A stretch of DNA of 58,738 nt from Octopus bimaculoides (lineage: Eukaryota): positions 80,032,504-80,091,241 of the forward strand of contig NC_068981.1 of the NCBI RefSeq assembly GCF_001194135.2. The letters are read 5' to 3'. The position numbers and the translations under genes were made by a program. The notes beneath the pieces are model-generated. The model had not been told where the DNA came from. It was given only the letters and a program-made list of their open reading frames with translations, and made no database searches. Shown piece by piece: positions 38,885-51,380 of the stretch. The first letter of the stretch is position 1. The number at the start of each line of letters is the position of its first letter.

Positions 38885-39890
38885 ATCATCATCATCATCA
38901 TCGTTTAACGTCCGCTTTCCATGCTAGCATGAGTTGGACAATTTGATTGAGGACTAGCGAACCAGATGGCTGCACTAGGCTCCAATCTGATCTGGCAGAG
39001 TTTCTACAGCTGGATGCCCTTCCTAATGCCAACCATTCCTAGAGCATAGTGGGTGCTTTTATGTGCCACTGGCACGAGGGCCAGTCAGGTGGTACTGGCA
39101 ACGACCATGCTCAAATGGTGTTTTTTACATGCCACCTGCACAGGAGCCAGTCCAGCGGAACTGGCAATGACCTCGCACAAATGTTTTTTCACGTGCCACC
39201 GGCACAAGTGCCAGTAAGGCGACGCTGGTAATGATCATACTCGAATGGTGCTTTTTATGTGCCACCAGTACGAAAGCCAGTCAGCTGCTCTGGCAACAAT
39301 CACACTCGGATTGTGCTCTTAGCGCTCCATTGGCACAGGTGCCAGTCATCAAATTTGATTTGATTTCGATTTCACTTGCCTCAACAGGTCTTCGCAAGCA
39401 GAGTTTAGTGTCCAATGAAGGAAAGGTACGCATAAGTGGGCTGGTTACACCCCTGGCATAGGCCATGGGTTACGGTCTCACTTGGCTTGCCGGGTCTTCT
39501 CACGCACTGCATATTTCCAAAGGACTCGGTCACTAGTCATTGCCTCGATGAGGCCTAATGTTCGAAGGTTGTGCTTCACCACCTCATCCCAGGTCTTCCT
39601 GGGTCTACCTCTTCCACAGGTTCCCTCAACCGCTAGGGTGTGGCACTTTTTCACACAGCTATTCTCATCCATTCTCACCACATGACCATACCAGTACAAT
39701 CATCTCTCTTGCACACCACATCTGATGCTTCTTAGGTCCAACTTTTCTCTCAAGGTACTTACACTCTGTCATGTATGCACACTGACATTACACATCCAGC
39801 AGAGCATACTGGCTTCATTCCTTGCAAGCTTACGCATGTCCTCAGCTGTCAATGCCCATGTTTCACTGCCATGTAGCATGGCTGTTCGGA
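38885..39890 (-). mobile_element. RTE LINE 3' kilobase (ORF2 end, 3' UTR array, (GAT)n tail)
   Basis: WYGHVVRMDENSCVKKC...GRGRPRKTWDEVV...KTRQAK*; conserved 3' UTR. Confidence 0.9.
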
Positions 39891-39899
39891 CAAAATCTT

Positions 39900-40640
39900 A
39901 AGTGATTCCCCTTAGCTTAATGGCTTATGGCAGACTTACTACATAACATATAAATAGTAATAGTCAATGTAGTCAGTGAAACAAATACAATGAACTTCAT
40001 TAAGAATTAATATATAACTACTAGTTGCTAATAGATATAGTGTAATCATTTCTATAGTCATCAATAATAGCTGGAGCCAGCTTTCATGCTTATTCCTAAT
40101 GCTATTTCTCACTCTCACTTTCTTGGTAAAAGCACATCCTTAACATGACTAATACTACATCCTTAAGACTGGCATTCACTTCAGTGCCATAAGGTATTTC
40201 GACCTCCAGCAATTGCTGATACCTATAAAATGCAAATGAAACCTACAGTGAGTATTGCTCCTACATCTAGAAAGGTGTTGCTGCTATGCATACAGATATC
40301 CTGAACTGCATCTAGAGAATGACAGTGTATGCTTTTTCTATTGTTACTAAAATAGCTTTTGTTCCTCAAAGCTGGCAGATCTCGTACATTCTCCATTCAG
40401 ACACTCTTGACCCACTTGTTGCTCAACCTCACATCATCCTCATTGTTTTTAACCTTCACAGGCTTCCCAATAAGTATTATTCCTAGCCCTTCTTTCCCTG
40501 AGCTTTGGCCCTTTTGAATCTCCTCCCTGCTTATGTTTTTCCTACAGTTGTTGACTTGAAAATGTTTAAATGGAACCATAACAACATCAAGCTCATTGGT
40601 CTCAAAGGGCCTGCTAAGGATGTGAGCACTGTCTCTTTCT
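39900..40640 (-). mobile_element. Very degenerate LINE RT N-terminal region
   Basis: One minus frame: AHILSR...VP...QKG...RLSNKWV...RKS...LDAVQDIC...GFICIL*VSAIAGGRNTLW, resembling RT subdomains 0-3 (F.D..KAFD.V.R..LW). Confidence 0.45.
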
Positions 40641-40646
40641 CTAGAT

Positions 40647-40879
40647 CATTGGTTTTCAACCAGGGTCCATATAAGGTTTAGTTATATGTGCAATAAATTG
40701 CTTATACTTTTATACTACAATACACAATATATTAAAAATTTTTTATACAATTCCTAATAATATTTGATTATGAAAATACAATAGGATTTTTATTATATAC
40801 ATCAAATAGCTATAGAGGTCCAGCAGAGTAAAATAGAAATCAAAGTGGTCCATAGGCAAAAAATGGTTGAGAATCACTG
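40647..40879. mobile_element. hAT (Buster/Charlie-type) MITE, 233 bp
   Basis: TIRs CATTGGTTTTCAACC / reverse complement CAGTGATTCTCAACC; 8 bp TSD CTCTAGAT / CTCTAGAC with central TA. Confidence 0.9.
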
Positions 40880-41379
40880 CTCTAGACTCAGCAAAAACAG
40901 AAAAAAGAACTGTGTACACTTGTGTCAGATAGAGCCAAATATCTTTTCAACAAACTCCGTTATTTTTAAATTCTAAACCCATAATTTAGTTTTGGATATT
41001 AGAGCAGCACAACTATCATAAAGATATGAGGATCATAGCTCGAATGGTAATGATTCCTTTGATGATCTACTTATGTACCATAAGTCTATTTTAAGCAAGA
41101 CTGAAGCAGGTTTTTATTTGTTTCATTTTATGTCCATATCTCCATGCTTGCATGGATTGGATGAATAAGTTATCTGAGGCATAGTTTTATGGACAGATGT
41201 TAACTTTTACTTATTTGTCAAGTGAAATATTTCTTAATCCACATGGCTTTAAATCACAAAGTATTCACCATATTTTCATACAAGTGATTGCAGATTTAAA
41301 GAAATACATACTGATACATTCAGACTTGTGTGCATGTATACATACACATATGCACATGCGTGCACACGCGCACGTGCGT

Positions 41380-41420
<41 letters not shown>

Positions 41421-44254
41421 TGCATTTGGGACAGTCTTCTTCCAGTTTCAGTTTATCAAATCTACTCGTAAGGCTTTGGTCAGGGTTATGGTAAAAAAAA
41501 AAACCCTTGCCCAAAATGCCAGACAGTGGGACTGAACCCAAAACCATACTGTTGGAAGTGAATGTAAGGATATAACGAGAATTTTAAGCCAACCAGCAGA
41601 TTGACGTAAAAAAAGAGGGTTCTTTTAAAAAGAATTCTGTTAAGTACCTTGTAATATTGCAAATTCATTTAGTCTTCTATGAAGAAAATTTCCTCATTGT
41701 GGGATACATCATGAAAATGTGCTGGAGATAATAGTTTTGATAATTGCAAAATGTCCAATGCTATTTCAGTTACTGCAACACTTTTTTAATGAAGTTGTTG
41801 TTGTTATTGTTGTCTGGTCCCAGTAAGCTCTGATCATGTAGATCTATGATCAAAGACCTTCTTAGCTTGATCATACCATCATCTTCAAGTACGAAGTATA
41901 TTATCCAATATGTTCTTCCTTTTATAAAATACTAAACTGTGATTAAAGAAAGACTTGGTTGTTATTTCAGGCAGATCAAGAAACCACATACTTGTTAATG
42001 ATATTGCTGTACTCAGGAGGGCTTCCATCTGCTGTTATTTTCTGTTGAGAACTGTACCCTAACAAAGAATCTCTTTACAGCTAGATGGACTATGTTACTG
42101 AAAATATATAAATACTTCTGTCATACAAACGTTTTAACACTGGTAGCTAGAAACACATTATCAACCCCTTGGCTTTTAAACTGATGCTTCTATGAACTTA
42201 ATATCCAGCACTTAAACCTAAGCATATTGAAATACACCTATCAAATTTTATTTTGAGGGTATATTTTTGCTACTAGTAAAATATTTAACATATATAGCTT
42301 GAAATAATCCTAGTTATCTCTCTACCTTGGAGAATTTCTAGATTGAAACAGTAAAAGAAAATTATTAGATTTGTCAATCTTTTATTTTTAATTTCTAAAG
42401 CTGTTACCCTAGAAATATGTGAATTGTTATATTTGTATCAGCTCATCTGATAATATAGGCCAGTTTTATACTAAACGTAATCTCTTTTATAGCTCTATTG
42501 TTAGTTGTTACTATGATAGTTTCTATAGCAACTCAGACTTCCCATTATTAAAAGTCTTTAGTGGTGAAACCTGGCACCTCTAATGAGGTGTCATAAATAA
42601 ATGAGACCTGGCAAATGAAAGAGAGTGCAGTGTGCTGTATCATCCTCATTTTACAACTGTTATTTTATTGACCTTCATTCAAATAATGGGAAGCAAAGTC
42701 AATCCTGTCTAGATTTAATGTCAAAAACAAGAGAGATGAAAGTAACTACTGCATTACATTTAGTCTGGTGCCTTATGCATACTCTAACTTTCAGATTTTT
42801 TTCTATCATGAAAAATATTTAGGATTACTGAAGTGTGGTTGTAGGAGGCATGCATAAGAAACAAGATGTTGCGTGGTAGTCAGACCTTGGCACTGAATGT
42901 AGAAAATTCACAGATGATAGAGAGAAAAGAGATAAATATGTCCCACTGAATATACAATATTACCTTGTATGAAAGGCTGAGTGCAAGTTAGATAAGAGGG
43001 TAGTAAGAGAAAAGGGCATTAGCTAATGTGTACAGAAAAGCTTACAGTGCTCATATAGATGTCTAATGCGTATAGATGTCACTTGGTTGATTAAAAAAAG
43101 TGCAGTGCATTCACAATGAATAAAGAGCACTAGTAGGAAATGTAGATATAGGAAGATGTGATATACTCAGATTTGGAAAACAAACTGACACAGAATTAGG
43201 ATGAATGATATTATGCCATACTGTAGATCTAGCTAAGTTTATGCCAGCTTGAAAAAAGCAGTTAAGTATCCATCTATGGATCATATATACATTGTTGACT
43301 TGCAAGACACTGATTTTTGTTTGAGATAAAATCTTTTATAGATGTTCACTGTTAAACAACACTATATAACTGTATCAGAAGGCAAAGAAGTCGTCCTGGC
43401 AGCAGATGAGTGAGAATAATAGTTATATTTTGACCTTTTGTCAGTGGTGTATACTCACAGCCACATGCTTTGACGAAACTTGTTGTCTCCAATATATGAA
43501 GCAGTAAATAACATATTCACTGATATTGTGATTATCTGCTGGTCTGCATAAGAATCTGATTTATGCAATTGAAGCAGAATTAAATTGAAATAGCTATCTA
43601 TGTACCACACTTAATGTATATACACTATCAACAGGCCAGTTACTGCAGTTTTCGTCCATAACATAATATTTATATCAGAGACAGACAAAAAATTAACCCC
43701 TGCAGTGGCGGACCTTCTTGGACCTTGTCAATGACATGTACTCACAGTCACATGCTTAAGCGAAACAATGAATAATACATCCAGTGATATTGTAAATAAG
43801 TATGTTTGTACATATGTACTTAACTGTTTTTTTATACTGGTAATGAGAGAACTTCTACTTTCTCATTCATGTTGCTAGAAGTAGCCAACATATCTAGTTC
43901 AAATGACACTGTATCATCTTACAAAAAAAGAGTGTCACATTAGATAATGTATCCTTTAATACATTTGTCTCTGCAAAAGAAAAAAAAATGACTGGTTACA
44001 ATTGGAATGTGTTTGATCATAGATCTGCTGGATGAAGGGTGACCTGGAATAAACAACTGTAACCACAAATAAGCCAATGGGAGTCTTTCTACATGGTCAC
44101 TCAACCTTACAAAAATAACAAAAAATTTCTTTTGAATCACTCCTTATTGTCATAAGAAAGGACAGATGCATCAAATAATATTTTCCTATGTACAGAAAAT
44201 AGACTCCATCAACTGCCCGGGGGGGGGGGAAGCTAGAGGTAGTAGATAGCTTCT

Positions 44255-45255
44255 GTTATCTAGGTGACCAAGTTAGTAGCAGAGGTGGATGCTCTGAGAT
44301 AATAACTGTGAGAATAAGATTAGGCTGGGAAAAGTTCAGAGAGCTCCTACCTCTGATGACAACAAAGGGCCTCTCCCTCAAAGCGAAAGGCAGATTGTAT
44401 GATGGCCGTGTGTGAACAGCTATGCTACATGGCAGTGCAACATGAGCTGTGACAGACAAGGACATGCAAAAGCTTGAAAGAAATGAAGCCAGTATGCTTC
44501 ACTGGATGTGCAATGTCAGTGTGCATGTTCAACAGAGTGTAAGCATCTTGAAAGAAAAGTTGGGCATAAGAGACGTCAGATGCATGCTAGAGAGATGACT
44601 GCATTTGTATGGTAATGTGATGCATATGGACAAGGACAGCTGTGCAAAGAAGTGCCGATCTCTAACTGTGGAAGGAGCCTGTAGTAGGGGTAGACACAGG
44701 ATGACATAGAACAAGGTGGTGAAGCATGATCTTCAAACATTGGGCCTCACAGAGGCAATGACTTGTGACTGAGACCTTTGGCAATATGCTGTACTTGAGA
44801 AGACCCATCAAGCCAAGTGAAATTTTAGTCATGGCTGATGCTGGTGTCACGTAATTGGCACCCATGCTGGTGGTGCATAAAAAGTACCTTTTGAGCATTG
44901 GACCTCACAGAGGCAAAGTGGCTGATGCCAGTGGCACATGAAAAGCACCTTTCAAGTGTTGGGCCTCACAGAGGTAATGACAAATGATCGAGACCTTTGG
45001 CATTATGCCATGTTTGAGAAGAAGACCCATCAAGCCAAGTAAAATCCCAGTTGGGGCAGATACTGGTGTCACAAAAATGGCACATGTGTCGGTGGCACAT
45101 AAAAGCACCCATTATACTCTTGGAGTGGTTGGCATTAGGAAAGGCATCCAACCATAGAAACTATGCCAAATCAGACTGGAGTCTGGTGCAGCCTTCTAGC
45201 TTGCCAGCTCTGGTCAAACTGTCCAACCCATACCAGCATAGACAACGGACGTTAA

Positions 45256-45305
<50 letters not shown>
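44255..45305 (+). mobile_element. RTE LINE 3' kilobase with reiterated ORF2-end segment
   Basis: YLGDQVSSRGGCSE...KFRELLPL; 3' UTR; long (GAT)n tail. Confidence 0.88.
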
Positions 45306-45552
45306 AAACACTCTGTTTGAAAAAAAAACGGAAAAAAAGCAGATGAGATGATCATAGCACAGCTGGGAGAGTGTTAAAGTGAAGACTAAACTTAGAATTT
45401 AAATATCTATAATTTTGAATTTTTATTTTGAACTTAACAAAGACAGACTTACTGTCGAAATATTGTTCAACCGATAAAATATCTATTACAATCGAATCGC
45501 GCTCTTCGTCTTGACTGTTTACCTTTGTGAAGAGTTACATCAATCCTTTTTA

Positions 45553-45553
45553 A

Positions 45554-45601
<48 letters not shown>

Positions 45602-45813
45602 TGTTTCTACTGGAAGCACAAGGCCTCAGATTTGGGGGTAGGGATTAAGTCGATTACATCGACCTCAGTGCGTAACTGGTACTTATTTAATCGACCCCGA
45701 AAGGATGAAAGGTAAAGTCGACTCCGGCGGTATTTGAACGTAGAATGGGAAGATAGACGAAATACCGCTAAGCATTTCGCCCGGCGTGCTGACGATTCTC
45801 CCAGCTCGCCGCC
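45553..45813 (-). mobile_element. SINE family B with (ATT)n tail
   Basis: Minus strand GGCGGCGAGCTGGGAGAATCGTCAGCACGCCGGGCGAAATGC... body ...CCTTGTG-N9-GAAA-(ATT)n. Confidence 0.9.
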
Positions 45814-45829
45814 TTATGGTGATGGTGAT

Positions 45830-45837
45830 GATGATGG

Positions 45838-45891
<54 letters not shown>

Positions 45892-47300
45892 CTTTATTAA
45901 CCACTAAGAGTTTACTAAAAGAACAAGAGCGGTATAGGACGCTACAATATAGTACAACGTGGGGTTACATAAACGCGTGTAAGCAGTAAAATAACAAAAA
46001 CAAAGACGAAAATTCAGACAAGAAATAATTTCCCAAAAGAGGAATACTTGCTACAAAACAACGGTCACCCTGACCGCTAGGGCAAATGCTCTTTCCACAT
46101 CCTCCTCCTTTAATCTTCGGGCGTACGCTCAGAGCATGCACATTCATTCAAACCATCCTTGTGACATTCAGTCACCTTTCAAATTTACTGGAAGGTAGTA
46201 ATTCCTTCTCCTTTCATTTTCCTTTTTAAATGAAGCTTGAAAAAGTTGATGCGGGCAAAGTCAAAGAGAAATTCAGCTCTTTCATTTTGGTTTACAACAC
46301 AATCTCTTTCGCTACCAGAGAAATAAACGCTACCCGTCTTCTCAACTGAAGGAAAGTGGCAGGACGGTCTTTACAACAGACTTAGCTAACAGCTGAGAGC
46401 ACTGTACGAGTGCGTGCAGGACAGTTTTTCTACTCTGTATACATCTCAGGCAAGCCCGGCTGACGGCGCTACCATGCCTGTAACGTTTGCCCCGAACCCG
46501 TAATGACACCCGTTAGCACTGATAGGCTAGGAATTTACAAACTATTCATGAGCCCCGGTCTGAGAGTCCTCTGGAACAGACCGGCCAGTTGATTCTCGTC
46601 GGTACCTAAAATTTCGAAGACGTCGTCGCTCTGGCCCATTACTGATCCCCTTTACAACGCTATAGTGGGCCCTCCACCGACCGCATTGTCCGATCCTAGG
46701 TGTCAGTGCCTTGCTTCGGTATACACTTCAGCCAGAATTACAGTTCTGTCAAAGAGACGAGCCGTGGGAAAGTAAATCTGACGACAGTGAGCAAGTGTGG
46801 ACAACGGTGAGCAAGAGGAAGCGGCAGAGATATCGCAACCTCAGCGCACATCTGCACATCATTAGCTACGGTAATCCCAGTCGTCCATGCTGTAGATATT
46901 GATAGCAAATGGACTGTTTGACCAGCGAAATTCGTCCATTTCACAGAAAGTGGAAGAACAAACACTCCAGTTTGGTCAACCATGATGCAGGACAAGGTAC
47001 GATGGCGAGGCGATAGTAGATGACGGACGCAATCTAGGTGTTCGCCATCTTCACCCGAATCTTCATGGATAGCTTCATCTTAGTCCATTTCTGGGTGAGA
47101 TTGGTCACTCTACCCGTCACTATGCCTCAGTTCTTCTCCAGCTGGAAGCTCAGATCAAACCAGCTCCCCACCACCACCACCACTACCACAAAAAAAAAAT
47201 TAATCGGTTTGTCCTTACAGAGCCTCGTGACGCTGTCGGACGGCATGGATTTGCCTCTCCATGTTCCGAGCTGCAGGCCCATCGAAGTTTCCTAATAATA
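45830..47300 (-). mobile_element. Tx1/L1-clade LINE 3' fragment (copy 2)
   Basis: SMGLQLGTWRGKS...FQLEKN*...KW....LSMKIRVKMANT*IASVIYYRLAIVPCP; ends AATAAAGAAA(TCA)n. Confidence 0.8.
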
Positions 47301-47659
47301 AAACTGTTTCTTTTAACTTGGAAAGATATCTTTAAAAGGCAAATAAATGTTTGCAATGGAAATTAAAACGTAAACCACAAGAAATTGTTTTGCTCCGCGT
47401 GCAAACGATTCCGCCAGCTTGCCGCTAAATAAGAATAGTAATAATTATGGTTTCAAATTTTGTCACAAGAGCCGCAATTTTGGGGGAGGGGATGAGTCGA
47501 TTACATCGACCCCAGTGTTCAACTGATACTTATTTTATCGACTCCGAAAGGACGAAAGATAAAGTCGACCTCGGCGGAATTTGAACTCAGAACGTAGCAA
47601 CGGGTGAAATACCGCTGAGCATTTCGCCCGGCGCGCTAATGATTCTCCCAGCTCGCCGC
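47301..47659 (-). mobile_element. Two tandem SINE-B copies (47436-47659 intact; 47301-47425 degenerate)
   Basis: Two heads GCGGC.AGCTGG..GAATCGTT.GC.CGC in the same orientation. Confidence 0.8.
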
Positions 47660-47715
47660 TTGAATGAATGAATGAATGAATGAATGAATGAATGAATGAA
47701 TGAATGAATGAATGA

Positions 47716-47767
<52 letters not shown>

Positions 47768-48318
47768 CCAGGCAGTAGCTCTCAGGGCTTCTGATCTTAA
47801 CATGTACATGTTTTGTCTTGGTATAAAAGATGGGCTACAGCAAATATTCTACTCAATACCACAGGTTTGCCTGTTAGTTGCTTGATCTTAACCAGTTGAG
47901 CATATCCCTTAGTGGCTGACGATATGTGCATCTCTGATAACGAGTATCATAGCCATGGGCGGGGGGAGTATCATAGCCATGGGCGGGGGGAATATCATAG
48001 CCATGTGTTGAGAGGGACTCTTTGAGGTTTGAGTAATTCACTCCTGGAAACATGGTTTCGATCATCGTCCTTAAACAACCCTTATTCAGAGAGACCTTTT
48101 GAGTGGGATAGGGTACTCGACCTGAAGAGAATTCTAACTGGGCCCCACCTGCAAGGTCATACACTATTTATCTTGATATCAGGTGACCGTGTCACTCATA
48201 TATGGTTGTGATGCATGTGCCTGATGTGTCCTTATCAGACGATTAATCATTATGGATACACTGGGTTTCATATATTTGTACCACAGTCACTTTGATGACG
48301 TGTGCTGCTCTCTCACTC

Positions 48319-48366
<48 letters not shown>
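47768..48366 (+). repeat. Unclassified interspersed repeat ending in (AAT)n, with a 24 bp internal tandem
   Basis: GAGTATCATAGCCATGGGCGGGGG x~2.7 at ~47942-48005; bounded by (GAT)n/(GAAT)n and (AAT)n. Confidence 0.5.
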
Positions 48367-49362
48367 TTCTTTTATTGGTCACAAGGGCCCAAGACATGGA
48401 GAACAATATCGAAGGACGAGTTACAGCACACAAATTTATAAAAACTACAAAAACATGTGGGGTTAACATAAATCAAGGAGAGATACTACCACATTAAAGG
48501 ATATAACAGAGGACATATATCAGAAACTAGAGAAATAAAAAGTAAATAAATAAATAGAATCCCCAATAGCGGGGCAGTACACTTAGGATAATTCGGGGTA
48601 AACCCCACACAAAAATCCCGGATTACTCTGCCACCCACAAGGCATGGGAAAGTGTCCTCTTCCAGTTTCTTTCCTCCTGCTTTGAAAAGCATATTCAGAG
48701 TAGATCCTGAAGAGCTTGTCTCGAACAGGCAATGCTCCTCCGTAGGACTACCAAACCAAAGACTTTTGGATATTGTCCATGATCTTCGACCCGAAATGTC
48801 CTCTGGAAGAGACTACTCAGACTGTTCTCGTCGATGCCTAGATTCAATCCTAGGCCATCATCACTTATGCCCTCAACTATCCCCCTATAGAAATCGTGGG
48901 TTGTTTTCCCGCTAATGGTTTTGGGCAGCTGGTACAATGCAGTGAGCGCCTGGCAGCATTCTAGATGCCAAACGCCCAACCTTGGTCTACGTTTGACCTA
49001 TGACTGCAGCTCTGTCAATGATATGAGCTGCGGAAAGACGTGTCGCACAAAGGACGCCCACACCAGTTCACTCCAATCTGGTCAGAGTTTTCTTAGGACA
49101 AGGTACGACGGCTAGGCGGTTGTGCAGTACCGAGGCGATATATGTATTCGCTACTTCCACCCGGCCTTTCAACGACAGCTTCCTTTCTGCCTATTTCTGG
49201 ATGAGCTTGGCTACCCTAGTCCCGACCTCTTTCCAGTTCTTATTTACCTGGAGATCTGGTCCGAAGCAGACTCCGAGCACTTTCACCTGACTCTCCGTCC
49301 AGCGAAAGAAATCGCTGCTAGTCGACTTGCCTCTCCAAGAGCCTAGTTGTAAACCTACTGAC
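48322..49362 (-). mobile_element. Tx1/L1-clade LINE 3' fragment (copy 1)
   Basis: KSVGLQLGSWRGKS...VKVLGVCFGPDLQVNKNW...KLSLKGRVEVANTYIASVL..RLAVVPCP; MDNIQKSL.W..YGGALPVRDKL; ends AATAAAAGAAA(TTA)n. Confidence 0.88.
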
Positions 49363-49791
49363 TTAATAATAATGGTTTCAAATTTTGGCACAAGGCCAGT
49401 AGTTTTTGGAGAAGGGACAAGTTGATTAAATCGACCCCAGTGCTCAACTGGTACTAGTTTTATCGACTCCAAAAGGATGAAAAGGCAAAGTCAAACTCGG
49501 CAGAATTTGAACTCAGAACATAAAGACGGACGAAATGTTGCTAAGCATTTGGCCCGGCGTGCTAACGATTCTGTCAGCCCACCGCCTTTACATGGTTTCA
49601 AATTTTGGCACAAGGCCTTGAATTTTAGTGGAACGGTTAAGTTAACTGCGTCAACCCCAGTGCTCAACTGGTACTTATTCTATTGACTCCGAAAGGCTGA
49701 AAGTCAAAGTCGACCTTAACGGAATTTAAATTCAGAGAGAGCCGGAAGAAATGCTGCTAAGCATTTTTCTCGACGCACTGACGATTCCGCC
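49363..49791 (-). mobile_element. Two tandem SINE-B copies (49363-49586, 49592-49791)
   Basis: Both end GGCCTTGTGCCAAAATTTGAAACC on the minus strand. Confidence 0.9.
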
Positions 49792-51039
49792 GAAAGTTTG
49801 TTTCATTAAGGTAAATTGCAACCATCCTCTATTTATTTTTCTTTACTAATCACATATCGATCGGAAATTCTCTCCGCAGCAGGATATGGAAAAACCGCCT
49901 GTCAGCAGTTCATAACAGTAGTCTGGGAAGTAGCAATTTTATTATTATTGGATCTATCTTTAGACTAAAAAAAAAAAAAAATGCAGATGGGAGGGGGGAT
50001 ATTCCTAATCATACTTTGTAATCAGTACTTGCAGTCAAAATAGCTCTCAGTGATTACGAAGTGTTACCGTGGTTACACTGCAACCCGCATCTTAACTAAC
50101 CAAACGTGAAAAGTTATCTGTAATAAACATAGTTTTCTTATGACAACAGAAACTATTATAGACCTAGTGTATCGTGATTTTGATTTACATAACACTTCCA
50201 CCCTTTTGAAAACAGTGCGTTAGTTAGCTGGACACGTCACTTCTCAAACAGTCTACAAAAGATTTTATCAGCAAACAAATAGTGGTTTCTTTAGATTAAG
50301 CACAGGCTGTTTACTACCGAGTGAGGGGAAACGCTCACTTTAAACAGTTGATTGAATCTTACTGGCACTTATTTCCGTGGCCCGCAAATGCGAAGTGACA
50401 CTACAGCTCCAGACAAAGTGAGGTCACATCTCGGTTTCAAATTTCAGTTGTAGTTATAAGTCAAAAGTCTGAATGCACTGCCTGATGTAAATGGAGATTC
50501 AACACAAAGGTGATATTAGGAGAGTTTTATTATACTACAGTTGATGATATAAGTGAAAAAAAAAAACAACAACAACATATATATACGTTTTAATAAAATA
50601 AGTAGTTAACCTGAGAACAGTTTACAAAGGTTCAGATATAAATGTTATACTGTAAACTTTCGACCAAATTTTTGTATTATTCTGGTGTCTATCGTATCCT
50701 AGCTTGTTGTATCATCTCTTTTAAAACTGAAATTTATTCAACCTTATAAACCGCATTTTTTTTATGAATCCTATGCATTTTACATAGTTTCATGTCAGGC
50801 GATAACCTTGAATATCATTAACTCCATATATCAGTTTTTAAAATTTTTTTTATAGAGAACAAGAGATTAAATTTTAGAACATTCGAGAAAGCTGTATCAC
50901 GCCACAACTTCACGCTCATTGGTCGATTTACAGATCAATCACGTAAAACTCTGGTGGCATATTTGTGGTGCCTAACAAGTGTATCAATCAGTCAAAGTTC
51001 GAGTCCCTGCTATATCACGATCATCCTTTGAAGAAATGG

Positions 51040-51201
51040 TTTTCCAGCGACGTTGCGTGGTAAGGAGCTTGCTTCTCAACCACAGAGTTCTGGGTTCAGT
51101 CCCACTGTGTAACATCTTCGGAAAGTGTCTTCTCCTATAGCCTCGGGCCAACCACAAAGCCTTATAAGTTGAGCTAGTAGATGGAAACTGGAAGAAACCC
51201 G

Positions 51202-51237
<36 letters not shown>

Positions 51238-51380
51238 GCGCATGCCTCTGTGTCAATGTTTGTCCCCCACTGGGCAAAAGAGACCGATAGAAAAAATTAC
51301 CAGGCTTAACAAAAATAACAATTGGGATGCTCCAGCATGATTGCAGTCTAATGACTGAAACAAGTAAAAGATAAAAGATA
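51040..51380 (+). mobile_element. SINE family A, near-complete copy with internal (TG)n
   Basis: Head, GAAGAAACCCGTCG(TG)n, 3' end GACTGAAACAAGTAAAAGATAAAAGA. Confidence 0.85.

Noticed and set aside
40100-40621. Candidate exons on both strands (e.g. + 40548-40621 VDLKMFKW...; - YQQLLEVEIPYG...)
   Set aside because: The region reads more coherently as one degenerate minus-strand LINE RT frame.
43430-43790. Two ~45 bp repeats (GACCTT.TGTCA...ACTCACAG.CACATGCTT...CGAAAC) as duplicated minus-strand exons
   Set aside because: The GTGAGT donors lie within a duplicated repeat-like motif and no consistent reading frame exists between the copies.
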